Positions 51,201-64,000 of a DNA stretch of 64,000 nucleotides are shown in pieces; within the stretch, counting starts at the first letter, position 1; every line of letters starts with the position of its first letter. Source of the DNA: Phoronis australis. Lineage: Eukaryota > Animalia > Phoronida. The notes below the pieces were generated by a model. It was not told where the DNA came from. It ran no database searches and saw only the letters and a list, made by a program, of their open reading frames with translations. The stretch spans positions 1,274,838 through 1,338,837 of the forward strand of contig NMRA01000014.1 of NCBI GenBank assembly GCA_002633005.1. The letters run 5' to 3'. Both the position numbers and the translations under genes were made by a program.

Positions 51201-52906
51201 CAACTTTTGTTAATAAATGAAGCAGTATCATCGATTCTGAATGGTGTTCCTCCTAAAGTTTTCCTGATATAACATGGAGCAACAATTGGAAACATTTCAT
51301 CCTTTTCCATAAATGTTTAGAATTGTGATCATTTTACCCCAGTTTTCCATGAAATTGTCAGAAGTGATATGTACCCTTTTCACGAATTTGAACCTCGAAA
51401 AAAATAATTTTTTGCGAATTCTTGTTGGTGCATGCGTACCAGAGTCACCATAGGAATTTGAACCCTTGAGACCGTAGCTCAGGCCCCAAGGTTGATGGGT
51501 CTCAGTGAATTTGAATTTATTTCTGCAGAATAGGGACATTGGTAGGTTAGTTTAGTTTTTGGCTGCCAGACGACTCCTGCCATTCAACATGTGGTATCTA
51601 TTGGCAAAGACTACGAGCAGAAATTTGACAATAAAATACTACGGGAATGGGGTAGGAGACATTTTCGCGAAAATAATCTGCATCATAGGTCAGTCTTGTC
51701 ATATTGTAAACAATTAGCAGATCATTTATTTAATTATATCACATACTTGCATTTCCTGACATGTTGGTCCTATCTTCATTATTTGCATTATTTGTTATTA
51801 TTATGAGTAGTTCTGCATAGTAATAGCTTGTGTATAGTTTTTGTATGGATCATGGATTATTCATCAGTACATTTGTTATGTATCAGTGTCTTGTCTCGGG
51901 ATATTCCTGACCAGGTTTGATCCTGTGCCCTTAGGGTAAACCTGATAATAAAGTGTGCTTTTTTCAAAAAATTGTGCCCAGCAGACTTAGTTCACTTGAG
52001 TTTCTATCACCGCCTGTTAACGAACAAAAAGTCCAAGGGACACAAAACTCACAAATTCCACCTGATATCTTCCCATGCTATTTTGCAAGTGTCATGCACC
52101 AGGTCACGCGCTTCCCTCAGTCTCACACTAGCCTTAGACTAACTCACGTGACTCAGTTGAAATATTTTGTGGTTATCAAGCACGCGGTGAAAAAGTTAAC
52201 GGTGACCAAAAAGTGGAGTTGGAATTCTTCTCCATAGTCACCTTAATTCTAATAGATATGCTTCACTGACAATATGTGTAGAAGCAGAAAGGATCACTGA
52301 AGAAAGTAAGCATATTTTTAAGTGATAGTTTTGAGTGTAGCATGTATTTTTGACGAGGTGAAAAATCTCAATCAGTGGACAGATTTGGCCTACCGTCCGT
52401 TTAAAATACACGGTACGAAATGTGTACAGAAAGCGATGGGAAGTATTGTAGCCCCTAACCCGACCGGCCAACCGAGGGGCTACGTGTTGCCCAGGCAAAC
52501 GGATGATATACCGATGAAGCCCTTCATAGACCCTGGGGCCCATGTACAGGCCTAATGTAAAGTACATGTACAGGCATAAATGTAAATTGTGAGGTACACC
52601 TGGCTGGTGGCACTCGCTAACGGAAAATTGCCTATTAGCTGAATGGTTAACACGCTCGCCGGTTAAATTGGGGTCGCTCTTTCTATTCCCGGGCAAACTC
52701 GGCTATTACGACAACATACCGCCTTTAACAAAGTTAACGAAAGGTTTTGTCATAAATATGAGCCCAGAATACATACCACTGATTTCATTAGGACACACTT
52801 GTGACAATATCACAATAAATAAAAGACAAACGCGGCGAAGTAGTTCAAAACCGTTAACAAAGTCCGACCGGTCCTTCACAGAACATGACGCATAGGGCGC
52901 AGCCAT
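45278..52906 (-). CDS. Cereblon-like CULT-domain-only protein with N-terminal hydrophobic segment; exons 52906-52777, 49432-49286, 48297-48236, 46924-46845, 45728-45649, 45321-45278 (180 aa)
   Basis: ILCRSCGHQV...LFKNPEGNTFEVIT...[26 protein letters not shown]...FYGLILDKL is a CULT domain with both CxxC pairs. Start context caagATGG, canonical splice sites, consistent phases, no Lon-N domain. Confidence 0.88.
48528..48670. repeat. Minisatellite, ~23-bp unit (TATGTTATGTGAATACAYCTSAA)
   Basis: About 6 degenerate copies. Confidence 0.7.
49960..51000 (+). pseudogene. Decayed non-LTR retrotransposon reverse-transcriptase fragment inside intron 1 of the CULT gene (antisense)
   Basis: FLDLGKAFDRVDHVKLFNKL (50131), SGVRQGGI (~50303) and NHFKYANDLILAPS (decayed YADD); stops and frameshifts present. 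Confidence 0.85.
52015..52497. repeat. Inverted copy of the 3600-4072 dispersed repeat
   Basis: Reverse-complement similarity across the block. Confidence 0.8.
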
Positions 52907-53820
52907 CTTGGTTATACATCTCTCCTAAAAAGCGACAAACAACGGTGTTTTTTGTTAAATACAAGGCTGACAAATCATTACCTCTGTTACGAAAAAATAC
53001 GAAAATGGTATAATTCGAGGAGTTCTCTTTTTTATGTTTCATACTGACGTGTCAAAACTACTACGTTGTTTTTGTAAACATGCCGATAAATGGTGTGTGC
53101 CAATTAATCAGCTATTGTAACAAACTCCCTCTGTAATGCTTTTCGAGCACAATCTTAATGAATAAAGAAAATTAATTTTTCGGCATTTAAAGAGCGTCAT
53201 ATCCTCGTGAAACTGTTTTACACGTAACACTGACTTGAAGAAAAAAGAGATAACAGTTTTCCCGATGAGAGTGGTACGTGCCTGGACAAGATTTCCAGGG
53301 GGAAGCTAAAATGAGGTTTCAATGGAAGTAAACAGCCGCCATTTTTCCCGATTGCGAACTTACTTCAGCATAGTTTTCCATTCTTTTATAAGTCAAAAAG
53401 ATACAGATTTACACTAATAGTAAAACTGTATGATAGGAAAAGTCCTAAAGCTCATTGATCACGGCTCATATGGTCCCTAAATTGTCAAATGTAGCTGATC
53501 TGCATAAAAATAAGCAACAAATGCCGGCTGTTTACATTTGGGTTGATTGACAACTGACGAAACCCGGTCACACATTATCCAATCACAAGGAGGACATCAC
53601 AGAGTTGATCCAATGAACTGCGAATACTTAGTCATATGACGTAAATAACCACACCTCCTTCAATGTACCAAAACAAACCTGTTGGCAGAGAAGCCGGTTG
53701 TCAAAAACAGCTGATCGTATTTCATCATTTTCTTTTACTTTTATGCGTTTTGGTCGGGTAATTCCCGAATGAACCGTCAGTTTTGTGTTGTACAAAGGGA
53801 ATGTTGGAAAATATTTGAAA
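52907..53820. promoter_or_regulatory. Bidirectional promoter / 5'UTR region between the CULT gene and the ZNF395/704-like gene
   Basis: Divergent ATGs ~914 bp apart; CCAAT boxes (~53579, ~53611), TGACGTAA (~53637), YY1-like CGCCATTTT (~53337). Confidence 0.6.
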
Positions 53821-56800
53821 ATGTTCGGCAGCAGAAGGCTCGCTAAACGTTCTATAATTGGAACCCGAATTTGTGCGCCTTGGCAAGATGGCCGGTTTTA
53901 TCCAGGGGTGGTTCAGGCCATGAAAGAGATGGCTAGTGGTCATCATTGGTACTCTGTACAATTCGATGATGGCTACACTGGTGAGTTTACGGAGGCCGAC
54001 ATCGTAGGACCTGGCTTCCAGGGCATTCAGAGTAAATACCTGAAACACGGCCAAAGAGTATTCCTAACTCAGAACGGCAGGGAAGTCGCCGGTGTTGTAT
54101 TGCATCACGACAGACCTTCAGGCGATGTCACGGTGGACGCCAAAGTGAGCGACCATGACCACCAAGAGGTCATGAGGAAAGTGGATGAACTGAGATTGGT
54201 GGAGAGCCGAAAATCAGCTCGGTTGCAAGACACCGATACGGACTACTCAAAGTTGGCTGATGTCCAAATTCAGTTGGATGTGTCCAAAAAAAGGCCAGTT
54301 TCCCATGTCATTGATGTTCCATCCAAAAGCAGGTTTGTTAATGATATTTCCCTCCCTTTACTAGTTATTAATTTTCCAAATTACGATCAATTTCTCTATA
54401 ATTTAAATCTGATTTGCACTGTAATTTTCAGTTGAATGTATGTGTCATGTCTTTTCCCATTATCCATCAATGATGAATTAATGAAGTAAAAAGAGTTGAG
54501 TCAAGGAATTTCCATATATAACGATCAGTGTAAAAATATGTAAACAGTGAACAATTGGTAGGAAGAATCCTGTTATACATTTTTGAAAATTGTGTAATGT
54601 TACAATTGTCGTTTATTACATGTATTTATGGAAATTTGATTCTGGTGAAAATTATATCATGTGTTCTATTGATTCAAAAAGTTCTACTCAGCATTTGTAT
54701 TTTGTGGAAAATATTGTGACAGAGAGAAATCCTTTATTCTCATGTGAAGTAATTTGGAGTTATGATTGCATAACTTGAGCAAAAAAATTTTTACTTTTTA
54801 TCAGTTTCATATTGTCCATACACGTTTGTGATACTTCAGTTATGCAAGACGATCTCAAAGTGAGGAGAGCGAAGACATTGAAATGATGGACGAACACATG
54901 GCGGCCATGGTCTTGACTACACTGTCTTGTAGTCCTGTGTCACCAAAGTTTCCTGTCAGCTACGTAGAAAAACGTGAGTAGTCCCAACACAGGTACAAAA
55001 AGTTTCATTTTGGCCACATTGAAGTCACGTGATTTGCTGATTTTTAGTTACAAGGGAATCTGAAGTGCAATTTCTGAACTTGATTCCTCTCATCCAACCA
55101 CATGATGAAAACTCAAGTACATCTCTGAGCTAAACTGAACCGTAGATGGTAATGGCTACCATGAGCTGGATGAACTTTGACCTCAGCAGCTGGTGTGATT
55201 GACAGTTCATGCCATAAATGAATGACTGAATGACTGAGGTTGTAAAAAATGATTTGTGATTTCAACTGAAACTGGCATTATATTCAGGTCTGAATAATGA
55301 ATTCCTGGGATTTCTATTTTTTTCGTTGTACACAACTATGTCTAATTTGCAGTGAATACAACAGCAGAATCATGAAACGGAAGCAAAAAGTGGTAATTTC
55401 AAATTGCACATATTTATGCAATTAAAATTGTGGATGAGAGGCTTGGATATGCATTAACATGACTGGTGTGCCTTCTTATTGTTAAAGTAGATTTTTAATA
55501 TCTGCATAGAGAGCCTGTTCACTGAATCTATGTTATCAAGTTAAAAATAGCAGAAATTGTAGGCTAGCTACATGTGATTTGATATTTGGAGCGTGCATTA
55601 AACTATGTTTAAACATTAAAACCTTGAAATGTCAAGTTGAATTACGATCATGGAACAGTGGACTACGGTACACTGTATTGGGATTATATTTTATCAGGAG
55701 CACAATTTCTTTAGTTACTCAAGTTCATGTATGGTGCTCTGGCTGTCATGCTTAGTTTCTATGCGCTTGCCATAAAATATTTACTAAAAATTATGTAAAG
55801 TTAGTCCGAACTGTAACTAGTGTAAATAGATGTTAAAAACAATGTTATGTAGTTGTCAAATGTTTCCAATCTTACATCACTCGTTTCATAATAGGATTTT
55901 CCACATATCATAAATTACAACATTGTATTGATGGTGCATTTTACATACCCTCTTCTGTGGGTTAATCCCATTACTTGGCCTACAGGCCATCTCTGAAGTT
56001 TCCGAATTTTCACTTTTAAATATCTTACTCGACTTTCCTCCCACCCGCAGTTCATACAACCATTTTCGTAGACTCTCTTGTTAATGCCTAGCTGTGTATG
56101 TGAATCTCATCTCATCAGAATGTTACCTCCCCAAAAGTACACAACTGACCTTTGAGTAGCAATTAGACATTGTTAGAAGTGTAACTTACCTTCTTTCGGG
56201 CACAAAAGTACCCATCCCCTCCTGCTCTTTACTGAAGAAGACATGAAATCGTTCTTTTCTCTTGTGTCATGCCAATGAATGCTTTTATGAGCGAAATCTG
56301 AAATGTGGGGTTAATTTATCGCTCTGTAATTATGTTATACAATCAATCCACCTTGAAAGAACAAAATCGCTCAAAATGAGGCATTTGTTTCATGAAAAGT
56401 GACAAATATAACGTTTTCATCAAAGCGGTTAACTTTTAAATTCAATTTAACTGACAGTTCTCAGTCCAAAACACTTTAAAATAGGTTTTAAAAGTGGTAA
56501 CTGTAGCGCTGTCATAACCCTCTGTTTGAATGGTTCAGTGAGAGGTTATAAATGCTGTAACTCTTAATTGTGAACACGGCAGTCGCTAAAGTTATAACTC
56601 AGTAGGTGGCGCTGCTGTCAAACCTCGTCAGAAACATTATGGTGCATCGAGGCTCTAACTGGGATGAATCAGAAACCAACAGTACTGACATCTAGATAGT
56701 GTGACTAAAACTATGAACTAAGATTACTACACTTTTGTGAAATAGTAATTACATAACATTTACAATATAGAAAGAGTTACAACCAGGTTTAGTTGGTCTA

Positions 56801-59800
56801 CAAATACATCTTTAAGCTTAAATTAGAAATTTTATCTTACACTCCACACAACTATTTCTAAAAATAATTAAACCTCACTTTAGTAAAAGTGCAGTCTCTT
56901 GGAAAATACACATAGCCACAAGTTTCTGACAAAATTTGTATAAATTATTCCTAGGCTGTTGATAATGCCACATTATTACTTAGGTAAACTTTCACTCAGC
57001 AACTCTCCTAAAGTCTTAATTACGGTACTCTCTTAATTTCGCTGTGTATAACTAATGAGGCTTCAATGCAGCTTACACTACTTCTAATGCACTGAGCTGT
57101 TAGATGTCATTGCATTTAACTCTAATGCACGTGAAGTCTGATGTCTACCCGGCTACCTCCCTGGGCTGGGTGTTAACTTGATCCCTGCACCCGTTTGGGT
57201 AATTGCACCCACCTCCCGACTTTGAAGCGCCCATGTCGAACATAGGTCATGTGTGATAACAACCCCATGTGCCTTTATTGCTGGCTAATACTGCCTCATT
57301 CAACACACCAAGTGCATCTTTTGAAGTGAGTGAACTTTGGTCCTGTGTGTAGCTTGATGATCTCAATGTATTATTGACCTCATTGTCATTATCCCATGTT
57401 CTGGTCACCTGACAATGCCCCTGACCTTTTGCAAATACTTTCTAAAATTTGGAGTGGAACACTGCTGCCCTTTTTGTTTTTGTTCAATTCTAAGCTGCCT
57501 TATTCTCAACCATCATTACCATTAGAGTCATCAAACTCATTTTTTGGTAATCATTCAGTTAACTTCTTCTGTGCTCATTAAGAATGCTGTGGAAATTTTC
57601 AATTTATAGATCAGTTACATGTATGGATTAAATGTTAAAGAAAACATATTTTAACAAGTCATAGAAATTACAGCATCCTCAAGCTCAGAAACTCCTGTTG
57701 TGTGCTGAGATGACGGCTTTTGGGTTTGAACTGAGATACTGGTGATTTAAAAAAGTTCCTTGGGGTCTTGTGGCCATGTGTCTACTGAAATTAAATCATG
57801 ATGGTTAAATGTTAGGGCTCAATTTGACAAGCCGCAGGTTGCCATTGTGACCTCAAATTTTGTTAGGCGACCTGCATGATAAAAGTCCCAGTTCGCAACA
57901 AAGTCGCCAAACGACATCCGAGCATACACAAAATACTACAGAAACAGAAGTCAGAATCATTCAGCATGAATTGAAAGGGTCTCGTTGTGTTTGTGAGCAT
58001 GTGAGTGAGATATTTTGGCCCAAGTGGTGAAAACTGATCATCAAGAACGAGCACATGTTACAATCCTAATTTTACATTCACGCAAAAAATTAAGCCAATA
58101 TGGGGTACACCAGCATGCAGACATTTGGTGAGTTCCTCAATTTTTCACTATAAGGTTTACTTTGTTTTTGACTCTTGCCAACGAGGCTTGTTGTCCTCAG
58201 TTTTTATTTGACTACTGGGGAATTTTGAGGTCGCATTTGGTGAATTGATGGTGTGCTAACCATTGAGCCCTGAGTGTTAATGTTGGATTTTTTATCAAGG
58301 TGGAATTAACATTGAAAGATCCAAGTTATTTACACAATAAACTTTAAATTAATTGGAAGTAATTAGTATAACCTTGTTGAAATGGTCAACAGATACAATA
58401 CTGGGCTCGGGTATGGCAAAATGACCTGACAAGTTTGTAGGTTAATAAAAGCCAAATAGAATAAAGAACAAGAAATGTGTATTTACTTTTGAAATGTTCA
58501 ATGCCATTCTCTTTAGTTTCATGCTTTTTGTTTTGAAGGTGAAGGCGTCCAACTGAGTCCCAAGTCAGAGATTGGTAGCTTTCCTAGTAGTGGATACCAT
58601 AGTGGGACGCCGTCCCCCCCACAGTACCTGAGCACCAGTGCACCTGTACAAGGCAGTGTTTTTGGTGCATTTACTCAAGATGAGGGAATTGATATGGACA
58701 GTGATGAGAAAACAGAGGTAAAGATCTGCAGGGAGACAGCATGCAGGTGTCAATCCAAGGCTTTTGAAAATAGAATGAATATCTTATTTGTTGTACAATG
58801 ATTGTAAGCAACAATGAAGCCTGGGGCATGACGAAAACTGAACTAAGACTTAAGACCAAAAATTTGTCCAAGTTATGACCGAAATTTGGGCTAAGCTATT
58901 ATGAGAACAAAGACGAAAATTCAGAAAGGATCGTTTCGTGAATTATGTTGGACCTTGAAACTCTGAATGAGGATTTAAATTTACATTTTGAATACAGTGG
59001 GAATGTGGTTTACATGAGAACACCTTGTTATGACTGGAAAATACTATGCTGTGTTGGTAAGTTGCAGTGCATTGTATCTACGGCCTTTGTCGGTTATCGA
59101 ATCAAAGGTAGACAATCTTCAATTTGACATTGTTTAGGGACATTTGAGTGAAATTTGTGCCTCAGGAGTTTACAGGGATCGTAGTCCTAGAGTTTGGTCA
59201 TTTAAACCAATAGTCTCATATTATGCTTACTTCTAACTTTCGGACTTAGCTTTGTGGTCTTAAGAACTTGCGTGAAATGGGCTAAGTTAGCCCGATTTTA
59301 AATTAGAATTAGTTAAGACAGAAAAGGTTTTGTGAAACGGGCCCCAGTTCGTTATAAGACGGTGGATTGTCACTGAATTAGCTCTCACCCTTAATCTAGC
59401 TGATGGACATTTACTGGTGCATTCTATCACTTTCCTTTCATTAAACAGAAGTATCAGAGTTGTGACTCTCATGCTTAGCTGCTTTCAGAGGTTTTTGTCA
59501 CATTATTATGAATTTCCCAAACAATAACCAACTGCACCTCTGCGATTGTTATTGTGTCCAAAGGACTAACTGTGTGTTAACTACTATAGATGGCTTACCA
59601 GTACTAGTTTCAACTTTTTCTTTCATCAGTCAACATTTGATGTGATCTGTGGAAGTACAGACAAATTGTTGCTGAAGAATAAACTAAAGTTATTGGAATT
59701 CGCAGATCGTTTTACATATGCACCGAAAGCAATCTGGCTGTCATTTGAATGCTCATGATAACATGATTGTTTGACTGAACGTTACACGAGTGTCTACACC

Positions 59801-62800
59801 AGTGGTTTTTGCTGTATAAACACCAAACAATTTATCCTCAGGGCTCAACACGCACTGTGTTCAAGTGTTCCTGGCCAGGCTGCCTGCAGATCTGCTCTGA
59901 CTGCGGTGACATAGAACGACATATCAGAGTGGAGCATCTCAAGTAAGTATCACACGTAACTAATTCGAAAGCATGAAGGTTTTCTGTGAGGAGCGAAAAG
60001 ATGTTTGCGAAATTCAGAATTTTCTCCTGGTACTTGCGACTTTTAAACTCTTTCCTTGGATGTTGGTGCGTAGTGGTTTTATAGTTATATGCTTTTTTTC
60101 CAATTTGCTACTACACTGTTACTACACTTTTTATAACCTACTCCTCTAGGTCTGCCTATGGTGCTTAAATTTTGGAACTAAAAATCAGTAGGTTGCCGTG
60201 CATTAATTAAGCTAAGCATGATCAAACGCTTCAAAATCAAGTGAACTTTTTGAGAATTTGGACAATCTAACCAAATGATTGGTCAGGTTGATTGCCCACG
60301 CAGAGACATTGTAAAAATTGGCACTTGTCTTTTTTGTTCCAAATGTGAGACCCAAGGAATTTATTCTGTATGGATAAAGGTCTGCAGTTCAGTTAGACAT
60401 CACAAGCATTTGTATGTAAGACACTGGGAAATGTTTTGTAGCCGAAAGGTCTGCAAGTCGCTTGGACATATTACAAAAATTGTACTTAACACCCCAAAAA
60501 TGTTCTGTATATTTTAAGAGCTTTGTTATTAATAAGGGTGGCTTTTTCATGAGTAATGGGTATTGAAATTGACCTACTTATTGACTTCCTCAGCGGAGGC
60601 ACACGTTCACTCATTTTTTTCTGAAACACCCTCAGGTTTGTACACATGTGGCTTTCAATGGTTGTTCACCTATGCTGTCAACTACTACATGTATGACCTC
60701 AAGTATCTTGTAAATGTGTGGTTTGAGGCTAATATATGAGTTAAAATTTTTGATTAGTATTTCATATTATTTTGAATTCCAGATGGTGTTACTTCATTTC
60801 CCGCTTTCTTTAAAGCTGCAGGTTTTAAATTTATGGAGACATTTCTTTCAGAAAAATGCAAAGTGACTCGGGCTTGCCTGATCATGAAGAAGAGTTTTAT
60901 TACTCTGAGGTTGAAGTTGCCATGGATACCATGATGGACCAATTTGCTGACATGGCATGTACATCACCTACAGCTCTCTTTCCTGTCACTAAGACACAGC
61001 CGATTGGCGTGCCAGTACCTGATCATGACTACCAGAAGAAGGTACGGTTGTACTTGGTAGATAAACGCACTACAGTGTTCTTCCGTTGAGTCCAACGTGT
61101 TACACGACTAATTGAGTCCATTCTGGCATTTATGGTTGGAGGGTCAGCTCTCTTTTGTTCGATAATTGCTCTAATCTCCGATAAGATCATATCTAGCCTG
61201 ACTGGGTTGTGAGGTTAAAAATAAAAGTTAAGTTATAAAATGTTTGAGCATAAACCAATAGTTTTTGAAACACCAAAATCGCCCAAGTACTACCGAAGCT
61301 AAGACAATCTATTCTCTCCAAACTTGCCAATGCACTGGGCCTGACTGTGTTAACACATGCTCAGTTACAGTAAGCCTGGTAGACAGGCCTGCATGTTATC
61401 ATACCAGACAAAAGACTGCGCACAACCACTCTATGTCTGGTAGTCACTCAACGAGAGAATGCCCTAATGGTGCTTTTCTTGCAAATCATTTTTGCACATG
61501 AACAAATGGAATCAAGTGAGATAAATTATATAACGCATTGAGTATGATAAAATCAGAATGCACATGGGGCAAAAAAGCACTGATGGACAGATTTCAATGA
61601 ATCTTAACACAGGGATATGTGATGGCAATGCACCAGTGCAAGTCAATTATGGGTCAAATTTGACCTCTGCAGCCAGAGGTCAGTTTGTTCTTGACGGGGT
61701 GTTTTTTAGTATTGTGGAAGGAAAGGAATTTCTGAAAGTATCTAGAGCTGAAATGATCAGTGCATTTCAATGAAATTTTGACACAGGAGTATGTGACGGC
61801 AAGGTGCTGGTTCCGGTCGATTTTTGAGAAATTTGACTACTGCACTTATCAGTTTTCAGTAGATTTCAACAATGTTGTGTCAATTATATCATTTTGTGCC
61901 TATCCATGTTTAGTGCTGTGTCCCTTTGTGGCATATTGTTTTTGTTTTTGTTTCACAAGTTGAAATCTTTCATTTCAAAACTTTTTTTTTTGATGATATT
62001 TTTTAAAGGTGAGATACCAACGCTTTTTTGTCTGTTCTGAGTAAGCTCCTGTGGTCATATATTGTTTGCAGTCCACTCTGGGTGTAACCTGTTGCTGTTC
62101 TTGGCATTATCAAGTACATATATAGTCCTGCCAGTTTCTTGCTTTCATGACAATTTCAGTTGTTTGACTACTCGAAGTTTCACCTGCAATAACTTTGGTT
62201 TTCACCCAAAGAGCCGCTACCAGGTAATCTGGGCTGTACTCCACATGGCTAGTTTCTTGCAAGATCAGACAAGTCTGCCAGATATCTTGCATTAAAAATG
62301 GAGCGTGTGATCTCTCAAGCTGTCACTCACAAGTATCCAGCAATATGGCACAGCCCTGAACTTTGTTGTTTTGCAGGAACCAAAGTTGCAAATTCCATCA
62401 GCTCAAGGATTGTCTAGCTCTGTTCCTATCAACATACCTCATAGTCAACGATCTTGGCAACTACCACAACGCTCATCGGTAAGATGGCTAAATCAATTTT
62501 AAGAGTAAACTCTGTGTTCTGAGACAATAAGAATATACATGTATGTATCTGTCTTGCAAAAAAGAAGTTACGAGAGGCTAAAATGTTTTTCATGCAACGC
62601 AATATTGTAGTTGGTATAAAATGTCATATTTTATAGGAGGACTTCCTTTTTGCTATATAATTAACTTTTGCAAACTTGAAATTTGGAAATGTGTTTAACT
62701 AATCTTGTCAAACAAGATTTTAAAATTTTGTGGCTATGATAACATTGGTTTCAAAATTAGGTAATTTAATGAGACACAGTCGAGTACTAAGCGAACGTTT

Positions 62801-63537
62801 TCATTGCTGCATGCATGTGGTCATCCTCCGAGTGATGGTTAGGTGGACTTGCGGTCACGTGATGCTACCACGGTTCATGGCCCTTGCTTTCCTAATAAGT
62901 AGGTCTTCTTGTATCCAATTCAATTCCGTCAATAAATCAGATGTCACTTACCATTGCGCTATCCGCAACATATAAATTGAGGTAATGTCAAAATTCTTGC
63001 CCATGATACTGGAAAGAAAACACACTGGATAATGCCTTCCCATTTGTCTTAACCACCAAGTAATTTTTCAGCACTATTTGCAGAACATTTAAATTTAACT
63101 AGATGTTTGAGCTCATTTTGCACGTCACCAGATATCAAATCTCAAAACTCGTTATTTGAGTTGAGTTGCCTTAAATAACACCTCTCCTTGACTTACGTGT
63201 TGAAAAAATGTTATGCTTTTGTACTTCTGAAGTGCACCCTCAGGCCAGTTGAGATCTGGTATGTACAATCATTATTTTGCTTTCATTTCGCATTTCTTTT
63301 TTCAAAATTTAGGTGTCCCCACCTTCCCGTGTTATTCGCCACAGTTCTCAAGATCGCATACATCAGTATCAAGGACAGTCTCCAAAGACTTACATGTTCA
63401 CGTCTCCGAAATCTCCAACACACAAGAAAACCCGCAGTGAAGTGAAGAAATGTCGAAAAATTTATGGCATGGAAAACAGAGAGATGTGGTGCACTCAATG
63501 CAAGTGGAAAAAAGCATGTACACGTTTTATGGAATAG
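53821..63537 (+). CDS. ZNF395/ZNF704: ZNF395/ZNF704/SLC2A4RG (GLUT4EF)-family transcription factor; exons 53821-54332, 54840-54973, 58539-58717, 59842-59942, 60852-61041, 62377-62478, 63313-63537 (~480 aa)
   Basis: N-terminal [13 protein letters not shown]; [17 protein letters not shown]; C2H2 finger FKCSWPGC...[10 protein letters not shown]; [10 protein letters not shown]; DHDYQKK; C-clamp [28 protein letters not shown]. All junctions GT-AG and in phase. Confidence 0.93.
58821..59347. mobile_element. Degenerate MITE-like inverted repeat in the ZNF gene intron
   Basis: ctggggc..gaaaact..cttaagacca at the left; tggtcttaag and tttgtgaaacgggccccag at the right. Confidence 0.4.
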
Positions 63538-63879
63538 AAGTTGTATGTGATGGATATTGTGGTGACCTGCTTGACACATGTACACCTGTCATGTAGTAGA
63601 GGCTGTTGTGATGAATATTGTGGGTGTAGTGGACTTGACCAGCCATTTGTATTCATTTGTCTAGCAGTTGAAACAAAGGTATATTTTAAAAGTGGAGGTT
63701 TTTGTCTTCCAAAATTGTAGTTTTTAAACTCAAGGACTTTTCAACTGCTGCTTTTGTGTTAAAAAGTTTTCTGGAACTGATAAAATTTGATAACAGTAAC
63801 ATGCCAATACCAAGACAATCACTTGGCTGCAACAACTGAACCTGATTACTTGGCATTACATGTTATCGTATATATGTGG

Positions 63880-64000
63880 TTGTTGGTTGATCCACTTCAG
63901 GGAGGTGGAAGGTTGATCTACTCTAGGGGGCCCTGGTTGATCTACTGTAGGGGGCCCTGGTTGATCCACATAGGGGTGGTGGTTGATCTACTGCAGCGGG
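63880..64000. repeat. Short tandem repeat, core GGTTGATCTACT..AGGGG
   Basis: About 5 copies running to the window edge. Confidence 0.7.

Noticed and set aside
52238-52696. 152-aa - strand ORF
   Set aside because: Runs through a dispersed repeat inside CULT intron 1 and has no protein-like signature.
52628-52698. tRNA-like sequence (TAGCTGAATGGTTAACACG...TTCTATTCCCGGGC)
   Set aside because: The B-box/T-arm is degenerate and there is no convincing acceptor stem; at best a decayed SINE head, not a tRNA gene.

Overview
AT-rich, intron-containing genomic DNA from an invertebrate animal. The taxon cannot be fixed from the sequence alone; gene content is compatible with a lophotrochozoan such as a mollusc. 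Five host genes can be reconstructed by hand with canonical GT-AG junctions and consistent phases: (1) the 5' end of a Serinc gene (- strand, runs off the left edge); (2) a cAMP-dependent protein kinase inhibitor (PKI, +); (3) U11/U12 snRNP 48K (SNRNP48, -, 8 coding exons); (4) a signal-peptide plus CULT-only cereblon-like protein (-, 6 exons); (5) head-to-head with it, a ZNF395/ZNF704/GLUT4EF-family C2H2 plus C-clamp transcription factor (+, 7 exons). Intergenic and intronic DNA holds a deleted TTAA-flanked Kolobok-type transposon (THAP transposase plus a convergent Cys-rich ORF) and its MITE, Gypsy and LINE remnants, foldback elements, several minisatellites and three single-N assembly joins. 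The best hidden signal lies in SNRNP48 intron 4: tandem U12-type 5' splice-site motifs (USSE) just downstream of an 11-nt frameshifting poison micro-exon, whose acceptor carries a perfect U12-type branch point. This looks like a minor-spliceosome autoregulatory circuit.
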